The position numbers and the translations under genes were made by a program. A stretch of 64,000 bases of DNA from Haliotis cracherodii (taxonomy: Eukaryota), in contig NW_027266297.1 in NCBI RefSeq assembly GCF_022045235.1, forward strand, positions 37,076,001 through 37,140,000. Direction: 5' to 3'. Position 1 is the stretch's first letter; every line of letters starts with the position of its first letter. Under the pieces are notes generated by a model that was not told where the DNA came from, ran no database searches, and saw nothing but the letters and a program-made list of their open reading frames with translations. Below, piece after piece: positions 13,595 through 29,378 of this stretch.

Positions 13595-16500
13595 GTAACA
13601 ATCTAATAAAAAGTTTTGTCTGCAAGGTTTTTATGTCTGTGCTAAGCCTTTATATGTCTTAGCCACTGTCGCTGATTGTGTTTCTTGTATACGTACTGTA
13701 CCAATACAAGGAAACAAGAAGAACCGTATGCTTGTGAAAGTTTACAAAGTTTCTCAAAGTTTTGTTCATCCCGATAAAGTTTGACATTTCATAAAGATAA
13801 ACAGTCTAACGTCAAATATTGAGAAGAAGGTGGATATTTGTTAGTTTCTGTTACCAATAAAGCCAATAAGGTGTTGTTATGCTTGAAGAGGCACATACAG
13901 ACAGAACAATATGAATGTTTGTTTTTGGTTTTGATTTTGAGACAGATTTTGTAGATGTCTCACGCCATTGCTCATCCGTCAGAAACTGTTTTACTAGAAA
14001 TGTGATGTTGTCATCCTTCATTAAATCTATTTAAATAGTAACAAATTAATATCATTACAATTATTGAACATAATTGAACATAATTGAACATTGTTAATGC
14101 CTGCATCATAAATGTTTTCACCTGTTGTCCATATGATGGAATGTAACCAGAAATGTTTTGTGTTAATAGATTTAGTTTTTACCTGAAAATAATTTAACAG
14201 AAATTCAAACTATGTTGCTTTTCTGTCATGTGGGTTAAGATTTGAGCAATAGTAATCAAAGCAAAATGAACTCTCATCAATATTTCAGTATTGTACTTTA
14301 TGGCGGTTTTGTATAATCATGTTAGTGAATGAAATATGGAAAACCTCTTTAGCAAGGTTCATATTTGCCATAATAAGAGCCATTTGTGCTTAGAAACTTA
14401 ACAAAGGAGCTTATTAAAAACATACTTAATGTCAGAGATCAAGCGGGAGTGAACAAAATTAGCTCAAATGTTGGCGTAACTACATCTTCTGCAATAATAA
14501 GTTACCAGACGAGCTGACTGACAATCTGAAAAGTATTTGCTATTCAGGTAAGCATTATTAGACGATAAATACTGAAACATATAGACACCATAAAGAAGAT
14601 TTATTTTAATTATGTGACTAAACATTCTAAATGGCATACTTGCTATTTCTGTTAATGTTTTTTGAAGGATAATCAAAACTCAATGTCTGCGTGTACAATA
14701 TGCATTCCCTCTACATAGATAAAAGGAATACACATAAAACTAGAGACTGTCATGTAAATGTTCGAGCATAGTACTGGGCGCTTATAAACAATGATAAAGA
14801 CTACTTGCAGATTTGTGGTCAGTGGGTGCTGGAGCAGGGTACTATGTGAATACAGTCTGTTTAGAAATCTTTTGATAGGTATGAACACATCAGCTGTACA
14901 TTGGTATAACATTCCTTACTCTACATGTTTGTAAGACTGTCAAACAAAAGTAGGTCCTTGCTTCTTAGTACCAGTACTTTCACAAATTCTGATGCTCTGA
15001 TGTTTAGAATTAATGCATCACAAGAATAGTAGTCAATATTTGATCTCCTGTCCAAACTAACATCTAACACAGATGCATGATTAGAATCTGTAATACACAA
15101 GCTGAAATAATTGTGCTTTTTAGATTTATGAACAAGCAGTTTTCAAGTATGTTTGGAAAGTGTACATCCCTGGGGACAAGAGAAAATGTTATTTTGGTTC
15201 CGCTCCCGTAACACGATGAAGGAAGGTTACTTTTTATTCTTTTTGCACTTGATTATTCTGCTCCTCCATTGTTCGAACTTGCAATTCCTTAGCGAGTGAG
15301 TCAACTGGTTAACAAACATGAATCCTGAGTCTTCCCTGGGTGTGTAGTGGTATGCGTTGATGGAGTAAGGGATGGGTACCTCCATGTGTCGGCGACATGA
15401 CCTACTGTTGTTGTTCAGATGGATTTCTCCAACACGGTCCCTGGTCTCTCTTGAGATAACATGGTCCCAGCTCTCTCGAGACGACATGGTCCCAGCTCTC
15501 TCAAGACGACATGGTCCCAGATCTCTTGAGACAACATGGTCTCAGCTCTCAAGATGACATGGTCCCTCTCAAGATGACATGGTCACAGCTCTCTCGAGGC
15601 AACATGGTCCCAGCTCTCTTGAGACGACATGGTCACAGCTCTCTCGAGACAACATGGTCCCAGCTCTCTGGAGACGACATGGTCCCAGCTCTCATGAGAT
15701 GACATGGTCCCAGCTCTCTCAAGACGACATGGTCCCAGCTCTCTCGAGACAACATGGTCCCAGCTCTCTGGAGACGTCATGGTCCCAGCTCTCATGAGAT
15801 GATAATGTAGAGTTACAATATCAGGCTTAGACACAACCCTCAGCCTGCTAGTCCTGGCACCAAGAAAAATCTGCTACTGCTTGTATTCTCCCCAAATCTG
15901 TTTATCTTAAATACTCCGCTCGTCCTGAATACACTGTGGAGCAGTTAGATTAAGCTCATTGTCTCTACCCATTTTAGAGAAAATTATGAAATAGGTCAAG
16001 ACTTTCCACACCAAGGAAGATATCAGTATTTTCTTACACATGAAGAGAATTTTCGGTATTATTTCAATTTGGCTTTTAAAGGCTATCAGTGTCTGATGTC
16101 AGAGTGAAGGGTAACTTCTAATAGATACACTGGTATATTGCCACTCAAATAGAAATTGTTGGAGTCATGGCAATAGGAAGTGGGTTATATATAACACTTT
16201 ATTTGATGTTTTTTATCATGTCTTTCTCCCACCAGATGCTAATCAAACAGTTACAAAATGTACATAATGTGACACTGAGTTTTTGATGTTTGATTTATTT
16301 ATGTCAGCATGGTCAGATTGTCTAAAATATTCACGATATTACAATCCAGAGTACAAGGAACAAACACTGGATGTCGACGTCTTTTAAATGTCAGCTGGAG
16401 AAAGTTCATCTTCAGAAAGTGCAAGAATGTTTCATATGTCATAATGTTGCATTGTAAAGGAAATAATGATATGAGAAGCTGTAACAAAGCTTTCATTTCA

Positions 16501-19500
16501 GAAGTATTAGTATAATTACAATATATGATTGTAAAATATACCATGGAACTTTAATTTTTATTACAAATAAGAAAGTGAAATATAGATCATCGGTATTCAG
16601 ATTGAAAGTATACTACTCAAAAGAAGTTAAAGAACTCCTCTTTTGTTTCATATTAATATAGTTAATCTGTCATCTCATTACCAAATCGGGTGTTCTCTAA
16701 CCTCTTTTGTGAGTATTATATACCAGATCGTAAGTAATAGATCTTGAGTGTTAGTTACTGTTAATTGTGAAAATATCATGCACATTTTGCCAACCTGTAT
16801 AATAGTTAGCTGTATACGTTGCAGGAATCTGTTTATTCTGGAGGGCTAGAGATTGACCTGGGGGAGGGGCAGGTGGGCGGGGCAGGCCTCCTCCAGCCTA
16901 CTGCCCCAGGACAACAGAAAGTCCTGAAGAGCTCTTCCCTTGGGAGCATTCACAATGAAGATGGTAGTGCTGTGATTGTTGACCAGGATGACATCATAGC
17001 TCTTACCACTGATGTCAAAAGCTTCTCTGATGCCTTGGCCAAACTGAAGACTGCATTCACCTCGGGAACAGGTACTGTGTTCTACTTTACATTGACCATG
17101 TTGACTGACCCTGGCTCATTAGCTTCACAAGGTTATTCATCAGTTCATAGAGCACCCGAAGTTAGTGCTTGAGGAAACATGATCTGTTGAAGAATTTTCC
17201 ATGTCTCGATTTCCTGTTTGACTGTTTTTATGTGAAAAATTATTTTGTTTGAACATGTTGAATGAAATATATCAACACTTGTTGATTCAAGTTCAAATCC
17301 ATTATCGCCTTGTGTTGCCTTGATGGATCTAATACTGAAAATGAACAGTGAATTGTTTCGATTTTCTGTGGAGAATGACATCCTGTAGTTTCTCAGTTTT
17401 ATCAGACAAAGTATCTGCATAATAATTACATGCGTAGTGTCAAGTAAGAACATTTTTTTATTTTACAGCTGTGTTCAGTTTAGAAGTTCTTTTCATGTAG
17501 ACAAAGTATAAGATGTTGGATACTGGTAATGTAAGCATCTGGTGTGACTACTGCACAACAACCACTGTTCATATATTGGGGAACAGGATGTCAAGCAACA
17601 ACTGCTTCCTCTTACATAATGTTCCCTTTCTTTCAATTTCTTAGTTTTCAGTGAAAACAAATGAAACTGTCCCTCTTGGGCCTATTTTATTACAATATTG
17701 TGGAATAATTAAAAAAAATTCTTTTAAAACTAAAATCACCTTGCTTTTTCAATAAAATGTGATGTTGCAAGTTACATGAAAACACATGAATATGGCAAAT
17801 ATTTAGAAAGCACTTGACATTAATCAAGTTGTGTGTCTCTATTATTGAAATAACTGAATACTGTTGTGCAGGTGTCTCACAAACAAGAGACAGTTGGCCA
17901 TCTTGCATACATAGTACCCAGTACCCGTTCGTTTACCCGAATTCACTGAAGGGGTAGATCAACAGTGTAATTTTTCTATGCGCTTGACATTCAATTTTTT
18001 TTCTCCAAAATACTGAATCCGCTAGAGGGAGGTACGCATTATACATGGGTGCGCACTATACTCAAGAAAATACGGTATGTTTGCGACTGTTCAAAACAGC
18101 ATTAAACCCAACTCACTCACTCACTCACTCTATTGTAGAAACAGCTGATGAGGCTCATGTGCTGGCACACGAGCGTCTTGGGGAGGTCATCTGCATCCTC
18201 AAGAATGTCCTCAATCGCTATCCGGCGCTCCACTCCACTGATCTCTTCTCATCAGCGGGAACACTTATTGGAAAAATCAAAAGTAGGTATTGTTAAATTG
18301 AACTTCTTATGGTTGTCATTGCAAGCTAGTGCAAGTGCACATGGTGGAATGGGCGATCACCTGAAGACTGTTGTTGTTCCATAACATTGATATTTCATGT
18401 AACCAAAGTTTGTAAAAAGTATTTGGCGTATAACGTCACCCTCAGCAATATTCCAGCTATGTGACAGAGGTCTGTAAATAATTGAGTCTGGACCAGACAA
18501 TCACGTGATTGACATAATAAGCATCACTCTCTCAATTGGGATACAATGACATGCATCAAGCAAGGCTGAGTGCCTCACCATCTGATCCTGTTAGTCGCCC
18601 TTGTGACAAGCATGGGTTCCGAAGACCAATTCTAACCCTGATCTTCATCTGGAGTCCACTAATAAAGATCAGGTGGTTGTGGTATGCGGCCTTTCAGATT
18701 GTGTACAATTGTACCCTAACAGTGTGGATAGTGCCTGACTTGCTGTCCCAGACTCCCATCATGTACAGACAGTTGTGATATAGCTGGCATAGTGCTGACT
18801 GCGGTTTTAAACTACATTCACTTACTCAAACTGAGAATTAGCATATCCTGTCATTTGCCAGGAATCTGTTCTTTGGGGAGTTTATGTTTGTTTTTGTTAT
18901 GCCAAATGGCCATTTTGATAAGCCAAACGCACATTTAGGTACAAGGTCCTATGTGGTGATGTATTATGAATGCTTCAACAGTATTAAGAGACCACCTCCA
19001 TGGTCTAGTGGATCCAGACAAGNNNNNNNNNNNNNNNNNNNNNNNNNNNNNNNNNNNNNNNNNNNNNNNNNNNNNNNNNNNNNNNNNNNNNNNNNNNNNN
19101 NNNNNNNNNNNNNNNNNNNNNNNNNNNNNNNNNNNNNNNNNNNNNNNNNNNNNNNNNNNNNNNNNNNNNNNNNNNNNNNNNNNNNNNNNNNNNNNNNNNN
19201 NNNNNNNNNNNNNNNNNNNNNNNNNNNNNNNNNNNNNNNNNNNNNNNNNNNNNNNNNNNNNNNNNNNNNNNNNNNNNNNNNNNNNNNNNNNNNNNNNNNN
19301 NNNNNNNNNNNNNNNNNNNNNNNNNNNNNNNNNNNNNNNNNNNNNNNNNNNNNGTATTTTCAATCAGGTGCTGCAGCTTGATCAAAGACCCTGATAATTA
19401 TGTCTCCCTATTGTCACCACGTGTCATTGTGTAGCATAACTCATCTGTGTGTATGAATCATGTTAATCAACTACGATTTGTCCCGAAGGTCACAACTATG

Positions 19501-22500
19501 AGAGTACACGCGACCCCGATGTGATACAGGGTTTCTGCGATGCCATTGATCAGCTTGCCCTGGCTTTCAGCAGCAGGTAGGAAACAACACAGAGAATAGC
19601 ATAGAAATATAATCCAGATTAACTTAACACCTTTATCAGTTCCATCAACTGGTACTTCCATACACTGGGTACATACATAGTAAATGCACAGTGGCCTCGT
19701 GCTACAATTTGCAGTTCTGTGCTCAGGCCATTGGGGTAGCCTAGGGGTTAAAGCGTTTGCTCTTCACGTCAAAACCCGGGTTTGATTCCCCACATGGGCA
19801 CAATGTGTGAAGCCGATTTCTTGTGTCTCCCGACATGATATTGCTGGAATATTGCTAAAAGCGGCAAAAAACCATACACACTCACTCACTCACTCAGTTC
19901 TGTGCTCACAATCTTCATGAAGCCAAATATATATTTAAGTCAATCAGAAATGTCTTCAGACATTACCCCCTTTCCGAGCTATGTAAGCTGCCAGATGTAT
20001 TGTATGTTTGTTGTATATGAACATGTTGATGTTCTCCCCTGACACACCCCCTTGTCTCCCTGCAGTGTGTCGGAGTACCTGATGGGGGGTGGAGAACCGG
20101 AGCTGTCTGTGGACGCCAGAACAAAGGTGAGTCTGGGTCATCATCAGGGGGTACCTTGACAACCAATCACCCATAGTAATATGTTTGTTAGGATTTGTCA
20201 TGTGATCACAGTTATTCACGTCTCCATGGTTTCCAACTTATTTCTCTGTGGTGATGCAGAGGCAGAAAAGATTTTGTGTATCCAATGCTATTTGTAGGAC
20301 CCATCCTTGTAGATATTCCGGGTTACTATAGGTATGCAGGAGCCGATGCTGGTCATGCCAGGTTTGGTGACTATGTTGATTGCATGTCATTGTACCTCCA
20401 CTGTGTGGGACATTGCTCACAATATCAGACCGCCTCCGTTGTCTAGAGGTAGAGCGTCCGCCCAGAGTGCGGAAGGTTCGGGATTCAATCCCAGACCGCG
20501 TCATACCAAAAGACGTGAAAAGATGGTACTTGTTGTTACCCTGTCTGGCGCTCGGCATAAAGGGGCTAAAACAAGGACTGGTCGGCTCGGAGTCTGTATA
20601 AAGTGTCTGAGTGGGGCATTCATGTTAAACTGCGGCATGGTATCTCAGTGTGCTGGCACTATAAATCGGCATTAGTCCGGACTAGTACAAGCAGCCACAC
20701 ACACACACACATGTGCATGCACGTTGCTATATAATTGCAAAAATCGTTAAACCCCATTTCACCTCACCTCACCTCACAATATTAGTAACTAGTTTATATA
20801 TTTTATAGTGTTAATTATGAAAATGTTTGCAGATATTGGGAATATATACATCTAATGTCACATTGATGCCACGTGACATTATTACTGTCTTCAGTCAGTG
20901 GGAATTCCAGCTTCGAATTGATTCCAAGGAACACAGCTGGTCGTAAGAGGTGACTTAATGGATCAGGTGGTCAGGCTCCGTGACTAATTGCCTGTCATTG
21001 AATCTGACTGGGGATTGTTGTTCATAATATTCATCATTGGATTGTCTGGCCCAGATTTGCCCGCCTTTGCGGTCTTTTGGTAAAGTGTCCGCCCTGAGAG
21101 AAGAAGGTCTTGGGTTTGATCCCCGGCCGTGTCATACCAAAAGACGTTAAAAGATAGTACAAGTTACCCTGTGTAGCGCTCGGCATTAAGGGTCTAAAAC
21201 AAGGACTGGTCGGCTGAGAGTCAGTATACTGTGTCTGAGTGGAGTATTAATGATATTCTGCGGAAATGGTATCTCAGTGGGCTAGCACTATAAATCGGCA
21301 TCAGTCCGGACAAGTACAAGCAGCCACACAAACACACGTGCAGGCACGTCTCTATATAAGTGCAATAATCTTGGATGCGACGCTAAACCCGATTTCACCT
21401 CGCCACTTTTGGCCCAGATTCTATTAGTTACTATTAAAGAACAAACAAATAATAAGAATTGCCAAAGCATTTTCAGAAATGGCATGAAAAAGGTTTTTGT
21501 TCATCACTGTTTGTGATTATGTAGTATTATGTAGTATTATAGGTGGCTCAGGTGTCTAAGATGTCACTATTTGCTGACCAGGGTTTGAATCCCAGTTCAC
21601 CCCAATTATGTTTCTAGGTTTGTCAGTACCATACCCATGCTCATGGGTTTCACCAAAATTGTAAAGGTCTGAGTCCTGCATCACTTCGGGCTTTCCTCCC
21701 ACATTTAGCTGACACACCGTGATATGACTGGAACATTGTTCAAAGCGGTGTCAAACCCAACTCATTCACTCACTCACTCATATTATATGTGATCTGCTAT
21801 CTTTCCCCAGTCCTATGATAACCTGACCTCCTTGGGGAGAGAAAATCGTGATGGATCATCAACACTTAATGGTAAATCCTCTGGTGAGTTTGTTTTCAGC
21901 TGTCTTGTTATTGAGTGTGTTTGTGTAGTAGCTACAGATATCTCTAGATATTGAGATATATTATGTTGTCAGCTATGGCGTATTCACGCAACATTCATAA
22001 AATATGTTATACCCCCGTTTACGAAGTAAATCGGGGGGTATATAGCGTTCCGTCTGTCCGTCCTTCCATCCGAGCTTTTGTACGGCCCATAACTTTTTAA
22101 CCATGCACCCTAGCTTCACCAAACTTGCTCCACATATTTACCACAATGAGTACTTGTGCCTTATGCTAGTTTGAAGATTCTGAATTTTTTAATTTTTTCC
22201 ATTTCCATGGAAACATTAGAAACTTAAACTTTTAGGGTGGGTGTTTTGTACGGCCCATATCTTTTTAACAATGCACCCTAGCTTCATCAAACGTGCAACG
22301 CCCATTTACCACAATGAGTACTTGTGCCTTTTGCTAGTTTGAAGATTGTGATTTTTTTTTATTTGGAATCATGGTGAAACATAAATTTTGGGTAAAGTTT
22401 TTGTACGATCCATGTTTACAATATTATGTATCCTAGCTTCAGCAAACTTGCTACATTAACCACTATGATTGTTTTTTATCTTTTATAAAATTCTGAAAGT

Positions 22501-25500
22501 TTTCTCTTTTGCTGTTTCATGGAAACATGATGGAATTTAGAAATTTTGATGACTGGTTTTGTATAGCTCATGGGGTTACAAAGGAAAGGGCAGTTCCTCT
22601 GACTTAAAGCAACAGGTATATTTCATTAATTAACAAACTATTTACTATTTGTTGTTGACCAGCGGGGATAACGGGGGTATGTGAGCTTTGCTCACTTCTT
22701 TCTTGTTAGAAATATTGGAAGCCAATTTCTGATTGAACAAATTGAACTTAGGACTTCCTTTTAGTTTGTGAAATATATCATTATACAGCAATTCTAAATT
22801 TCTTAAACTTCCCATTGTAAAACAAATGTAAAACAAATTTTAGATTGTGAAAATTTGAGAAGATGATGTGCTCCTATTAAGCTTCAGATGACCATCAATT
22901 TAGTCCTGTGTTACAAAGACCTGCTATGTTGATAGGCATGTTGTCTGCGAGGGAGATCGATTCATCCCTGGTCCGCCTGGAGGCCGGCCTTGACCTTGCC
23001 CTACAGAGAGCGAAGGCGTGGTCCAAGTACGCCCGTGACATCATGACGTACATTGAGAAGAAAGCCCTGCTAGGTGAGGGGACCTACTCTTGTAGTGGTC
23101 AGATTGTATTCCGGAGAGCGCAAAGAAAGGTTTTTGGTTTGATACCCGGCCACGTCATACCAAAAGACATCAAAAGATGGTTACTTGTTAACCTGCCTTG
23201 CGTTTGGGATTAAAGGGATAAAACAAGGACTAATCGAATTGGAGTATACTGTGTGTGGGGGGGTATCCATGTTAAACTACGGCATGGTAGTTGCTATATA
23301 AAAGGCGACTATGCTTGTCGTGAAATGCGACTAACAGGATCGGGTGGTCAGGCTCGCTGACTTTGTTGATACATGTCATGTTGATACATGGATCGATGCT
23401 CATGATGACAATCACTGGATTGTCTGGTCCAGACTCGATTATTTTACGTGGTCATATAGCTGGAATATTGCTGAGTAGTGCGTTAAACAACAAACAAACA
23501 CAAACAAACAAGTTGCTATATAAGTGCAATAATCTTGAACGTAACGTTCAACCCCATGTACAAATGTAGCCATTATTTGATTTTTAGTTAGTGTACATTT
23601 TGATAAAATAACTGTTAGACCATTGTTGTTATTTTGGTCAATGCAAAGAGTCCAATGAGAAGCCATTACTTCAATGAATGTACGTCCTGAAGAAGCAGCC
23701 ATTTCATGGAAGCCAGTCGTTCAACCTCAACCATGACTGTTACAATATAGAGGTTCTTTGATTTACAGACAACACCATTATTAAACTAAAATAATTTCTT
23801 ATGATGGGTCAAGATTATTGTGGTAATGGAATAGTGTGTTTGTTTCAGAATGTGAATATTCGAAGAACTTGTCTCGGTTAGCACAAACCATGCGGCCTGT
23901 TTTAACGGATGAGGTATGTGGATATTGTCATGTTGTCTTCTTGATGACATAACATTGAACATAGGTTAGTCTCATAATGTAATTGTTTGCAGACATAGAA
24001 TTGATTATGATTTTATCGATGATTGCCTTAGTATCATCTGACACTATTCAACTGAGGTATGTTTACAAGATGTAGTTTATCTCACATCATTATTGAGGAT
24101 CATAATAGAGACGAATGGCACTAGGGCATGTTCATGATCTTATTAACTTTTGATAGGACATTCTTCTGTATCAATCTGAAGCCCTGATGTATAAATTTGA
24201 AGAAAGGTGATTATAGTGCTGCAAGTGAGATAATTCCTGTAGCCGTGAGTTACGACAGCCTTGACAGTAATCGTCATGTTTGTAGGTGACCTGGTACTTC
24301 TTCCCACAATCACTAGTGTGGGCAAGGTGACCCAGTGGTCTGAGACGCCTATTCTGAGATTTGGTCCTGAGATTACTCTGATTTAACTGAATTACTTTCA
24401 GTGTCAAGTTGAAAGTTGAGACCTCACTCACTCTCTGACTTACTTTTTCCTATTTGCAGGGTTTTCTTCCCCTACAATCAGTCTACTGCACAGTTCTAGC
24501 ACAGGTAAATCAACACTATTTCATCTGTCTGTTTTTGTGAGTCGTCATTGCAGAGTGGGAGCATGGGTGGGCCAGTTGTCTAGGGTGCCACAATATGCAG
24601 TGCAGAGTCGCATCCTTTGGGGGTGCCAGGAACTTTTTGTCGTGGGTACACTTCCTGGTTACCCCCGATCACATTTCTAGGTTTGTCAGCACCATACCCG
24701 TGCTCCTATGTTTCACCAAAGTGGTTAAATGGCTGAGACATGGATCACTATAAGCTTTCCTTCCACACTGAACTGAAATATAACTGGAATACTGTTCAGA
24801 GACTTTTATGTTTACCAGCTCTTACTCACTCACTCACTCATTGCACCTTGATAAACACACTGCCAGTTGTGAATGAAAAAATCAGAAACGTGTTTTGCAT
24901 ATTGAATATTGTAGATATTGAAATCACCACGTTGTTTCCAGTTTAAGTATGTGACTTGCACAAGTTGAACTGCTAGATTCTTTGTTTCCATCCACTTTGA
25001 CAAAGCCCTGTACATCTTGAAATCATTTGTAGCCTGTCCTCTTTAATGACCTTATTTTGTTTTACTAGGACATTGAATTTGCCAGCAACTGCCAGGCAAC
25101 CCAAGCTCTCCTGCAGACAAGCAAGTTTATTGAGGTGTGGTTGATTAACTTGGTTATGATTAATACCTTATCACAATACGTTCATATTAAGAAGGGTTTC
25201 TTAAAAATGTGATGCCTTTTCTTATTGTTCAAATAATTCATGTGCAGCAGTGCTGACATCTGATTCTGGGATTGAATCAAGAATTCATCCAGTTACGATC
25301 ATTGATACCTTTGAGGGGTCCAAGTTAGAATAGTTCAATCAGTAGTAGAAACGACCTGCGCTTCAGTTGGTCGGGCTCAGTGACTTGCTTGATTGCATGT
25401 CATCGTACCCAGATGGCGTGGATCGTTGCCGACAATATCAATCACTGGATCGTCCAATTGTTTACAGGCCACCGTCATATGGCTGGAAAATGTTTGGCAT

Positions 25501-28500
25501 AACAACAAACAAATATAATCCTTGATCTGTCAGTCCATACTTATGTTTTTTTTCCGAAAGTTTTATTTGACTTTTGTCCTACGTTAAGCTGATACGGTGT
25601 GATATAATGCAGCTGTTGTTCAATGGTGTTTGACTCATTCACTATCTCACTGAGATGACCAGCAAAACATCTCTTTTTGCCTTGAACAGCCATTGGCAGC
25701 TCGGAGGGCTGAGCATGACAAAGTGCGAAAGTCGGTCAAAGAAATCTGGGTCAGAGAGGTTAAGAAAATGGTGAGTAGATTGTTGCCTTGTCATATCACT
25801 ATCACTGTCACAAACGGACAATCCCCTGTAAAGATCTGGGTTAGAATAGGCCTGCACAACCCATACTAATCGAAAGAAGCGACAATGCTTGTTGAAGAGG
25901 CGACTTATGGGATCGGGTGGTCAGGCTTGCTGACTTGGTTGATGCATGTCATCATATCCCAATTCTGTAGCTAAATGCTCATTTAATCACTGGATTGTCT
26001 GGCTCAGACTTAATTATTTACAGACCATATTATATAGCTGGGATGTTGTTGAGCATTAAACAACAAACAAAACAAACTTGAAAGAACAAATAGAACAATA
26101 TGCAGTGCGAGGCTTTAGACTGCTATGGTCACTACAAGATCTGTGAGTGATTTTCCTGGCTGAATGGATGTTTCTCATAGTAGTCAAGGATTAGTTCTGA
26201 TATATCCACAGGTGGCCCAGTTGTCTAAGTTGCGTCCCTTGGGCATGCCAGAAACTTATGATTGTGTGTTCGAATCCCTGTTCGCCCTGATTATGTTTCT
26301 AGGTTTTTTCAGCACCATACCCGTGCTCGTGGGTTTCACCGAAGTGGTAAACGTCTGTGACCTGCATCACTTCAGGCTATCCTCCCACATTAAGCTGACA
26401 CGCCGCAATATAACTGGAATACTGTTAAAAGCAGCGTTAAACCCAACTCACTCACTCACTCATATATCAAGACTAGTACCATTAACTGAAGACAATATTG
26501 AAAGTTTGCTAAATGAGTAAGACAATTCCACACCCTTGATCTATTCATGTGGTAATTTCAAGACTCCTTCACTCACTGCGGATGTTGATATTATCTTGAA
26601 CTGTTTTTTGCACACAAGATGACTGGTAAGTAGTTTATGATTCCTTATGATTTGTGATTTGTTTTGTGTTTGAATAGATAAAACTTTCTTCACTGAACCA
26701 GGACAGAATTGGTCTCCACACTTCAGTACCCTTACTTATCATAAGGGCTGTCTATTATTGCTAGATCCGGGGTAAACTGGGTCTTCACAACCCATGCTTG
26801 CCTTAACAGGCAACTATGCTTGTCGTAAGAAGCGACTAACGGGATTTGGTGGTCAGGCGTGCTGACTTGTGTGAATCGATGTTCATGATGTCAGTCACTG
26901 GATTGTCTGGTCCAGACTCGATTATTTACAGACTGTCGTCATTTAGCTGTAATATTGCTGTGTGCAGCGTTAAACAACAAACAAACAAACAAAATAGAAT
27001 AGGTCCTAAGTAAGCTATGTGATTACCTTACCTTAATGTAACCTTGATCAAACCTTACTGTTTGAATGGCATGCTAGAAGGTGGTGAGTAAATCAGGAAA
27101 CATACAACTTTATCTTGTTCATAGATAATAACTTCTTGTCTTGCATTTTAGGTGTTTTAATGTAGATTCTTACATCGTTATGCCCAAGTCACATGTCCAC
27201 TGATGCTGGGAAAGATTAGTTTACGATGCCCGAAAAGGCTGAATATCGTCAAAAATCCTTTGGACACCCTCCAGCCACCGGCCAATCATCTTTGGTTTCA
27301 TGACTACTGCACCGATGTGTCACAGATGTGGGCAAAAATCTGTGGCCCGCGGGGGCATCGGTGTAATCCACCGATGCCCCCACATCGTCCGGCGACCATT
27401 TTATATGTGACTGAGGCATTATCAAGCTTGATAACAGTGAAAGAATCTACATTGCTAAGTTCAATACACCAGAAGTTTTCATCTATCAAGTTGTTGCATG
27501 TTTTCTTTTTCTCGTGTAAAACCTGTATCATTTTGAAATAGCCTCCCACATTCAGCTAGGACCAAAATGCAATTAACAGCAGCACTAACCCCTCACCACC
27601 TCGTCATTGTTCCTGGCTATTGTGTTCCAGCAAGATGCAGTGACAGGTCTACGCAAGGCCCAGCACATGTACATAGCACGGCAACAGGACTATGAGAAGG
27701 CACATGAACAGGCACAGAAAACAGACTCTGACAAACACGACAAGCGGAAGAAGCTGGAAGAGGACGCCATGCATAAAGTGGGTCACAGGATCAGCTTATC
27801 TCACCGTCATATTCATATTCAATACAACCATGTTAACATCAGTTGAATACTTCAGGGGATTTTGTGTTCATGGTTCAACATGTTCAAGACCTCTGATCGT
27901 AGAAGTGTATTAAATGTAAGGAGGTGTATGTTGTTTGTAAGCGTCTCTGTTTCAAGTCCAGTAATCAGCTCACCAGGGCCCAATTGCACAAAGCAATCTT
28001 AGCGCTAAGACTATCGTATATCTGTGTTAAAGTATGGGAGTTACGATCACCTTAGCGCTAAGATCGCTTTGTGCAAGTGGGTCCTGGTTTCAGTTCAACC
28101 CCCTGTGGGGATATTATGTTGTATTGGTCCCCAGCAACCTGTGCTGGTCATGAGAGGTGAATAAATGGATCGAATCGTCAGGATCGTTGACTTGTTGAAT
28201 GCATGTCACCTTATTCCGACAGCATGGATCGTTGCTTACAATATTAATCACTGGATTATCAGGTCCAAACGCGATTATGTACAGGCCCCTTATCATATAG
28301 CTGGGACAAAAAAAACATTCAGTTCATCCTTGATCCCTGTCACTATATATATAAGGTTGACCTTGTGACATACCTGCGTCTCTATCCTGCTTGTAGGCTG
28401 CGGAGGCTGAGACAACGTACAAGGCATGTGTAGTGGAGACAAACCATCGACAGCAGGAGCTCGACAAGATCAAGGTAGGTAACCCAGATGCATCATCCAT

Positions 28501-29337
28501 CTTGCCAGCCACTAACAAAAGTGGTATGCAGGGATCGAAACTGACATAAGTCCAGTGGTCCGAGACAAGTGATTTCCTTATAGACTGCCACATTTTCCCA
28601 TTTGGTTCATTGCAAATGAAGCAGATCATTTTGCTTACTAGTGAAAATAATTTTTTTATGTCTTACCCTGTTATGATTTTGTGCTCTTGAATTTGTGAGA
28701 GAAAAATTTAGAAACCGGCCCTTGTCCTATAGTCCTAAACTATAAAAGTGGTTAAAGCCTTTGCTCGTTAGCCGAAGGTTCGATTCCCGACATAGGTACA
28801 ATGTGTGAAGCCGATTTCTGGTGTCCCCCGCCGTGATATTGCTGGAATATTGCAAAAAGCAGCATAAAACCATACTCACTCACTCTTAAAGGTTTAAGTA
28901 CCCATGGAACTCGTTGAAATTTAAAGAAATTAAATGTTTCCTATTTAGTGACTACCATCGTGACTTCTACCTCTAAATTATGTATTGTCTTTGATTTTGG
29001 TTTTCAGGCAGAGTTATTGGGGAAGATACGAGAGCAGATACAGATGTGTGATCAAGTCATGAAATCTGTAAATATACCTTCAGATATATCCATATAGATA
29101 TCACTAAGACCAACCACATACTCACCCCAAACACCAAATACTTTGAAACTTGTATTTTTTTATATGTTCCATTTCATCACACATATCATAATTTTCAGCA
29201 ATCTACAGGACCGCCTCTGTGATCTAGTGGTAGAGTGTCTGCCCGGAGAGCGGAAGGGTTGGGGATTCGATCCCTGGCCTTTGTCATACCAAAAGACGTT
29301 TAAAGATGGTACTTGATATTGCCCTGCTCGGCTTAAA

Positions 29338-29378
<41 letters not shown>

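Noticed and set aside
15227-15834. Overlapping repetitive ORFs
   Set aside because: Products of the 25-bp minisatellite; no splice-consistent role in the gene.
18884-19394. Long ORFs spanning the N run
   Set aside because: Artefacts of the assembly gap.
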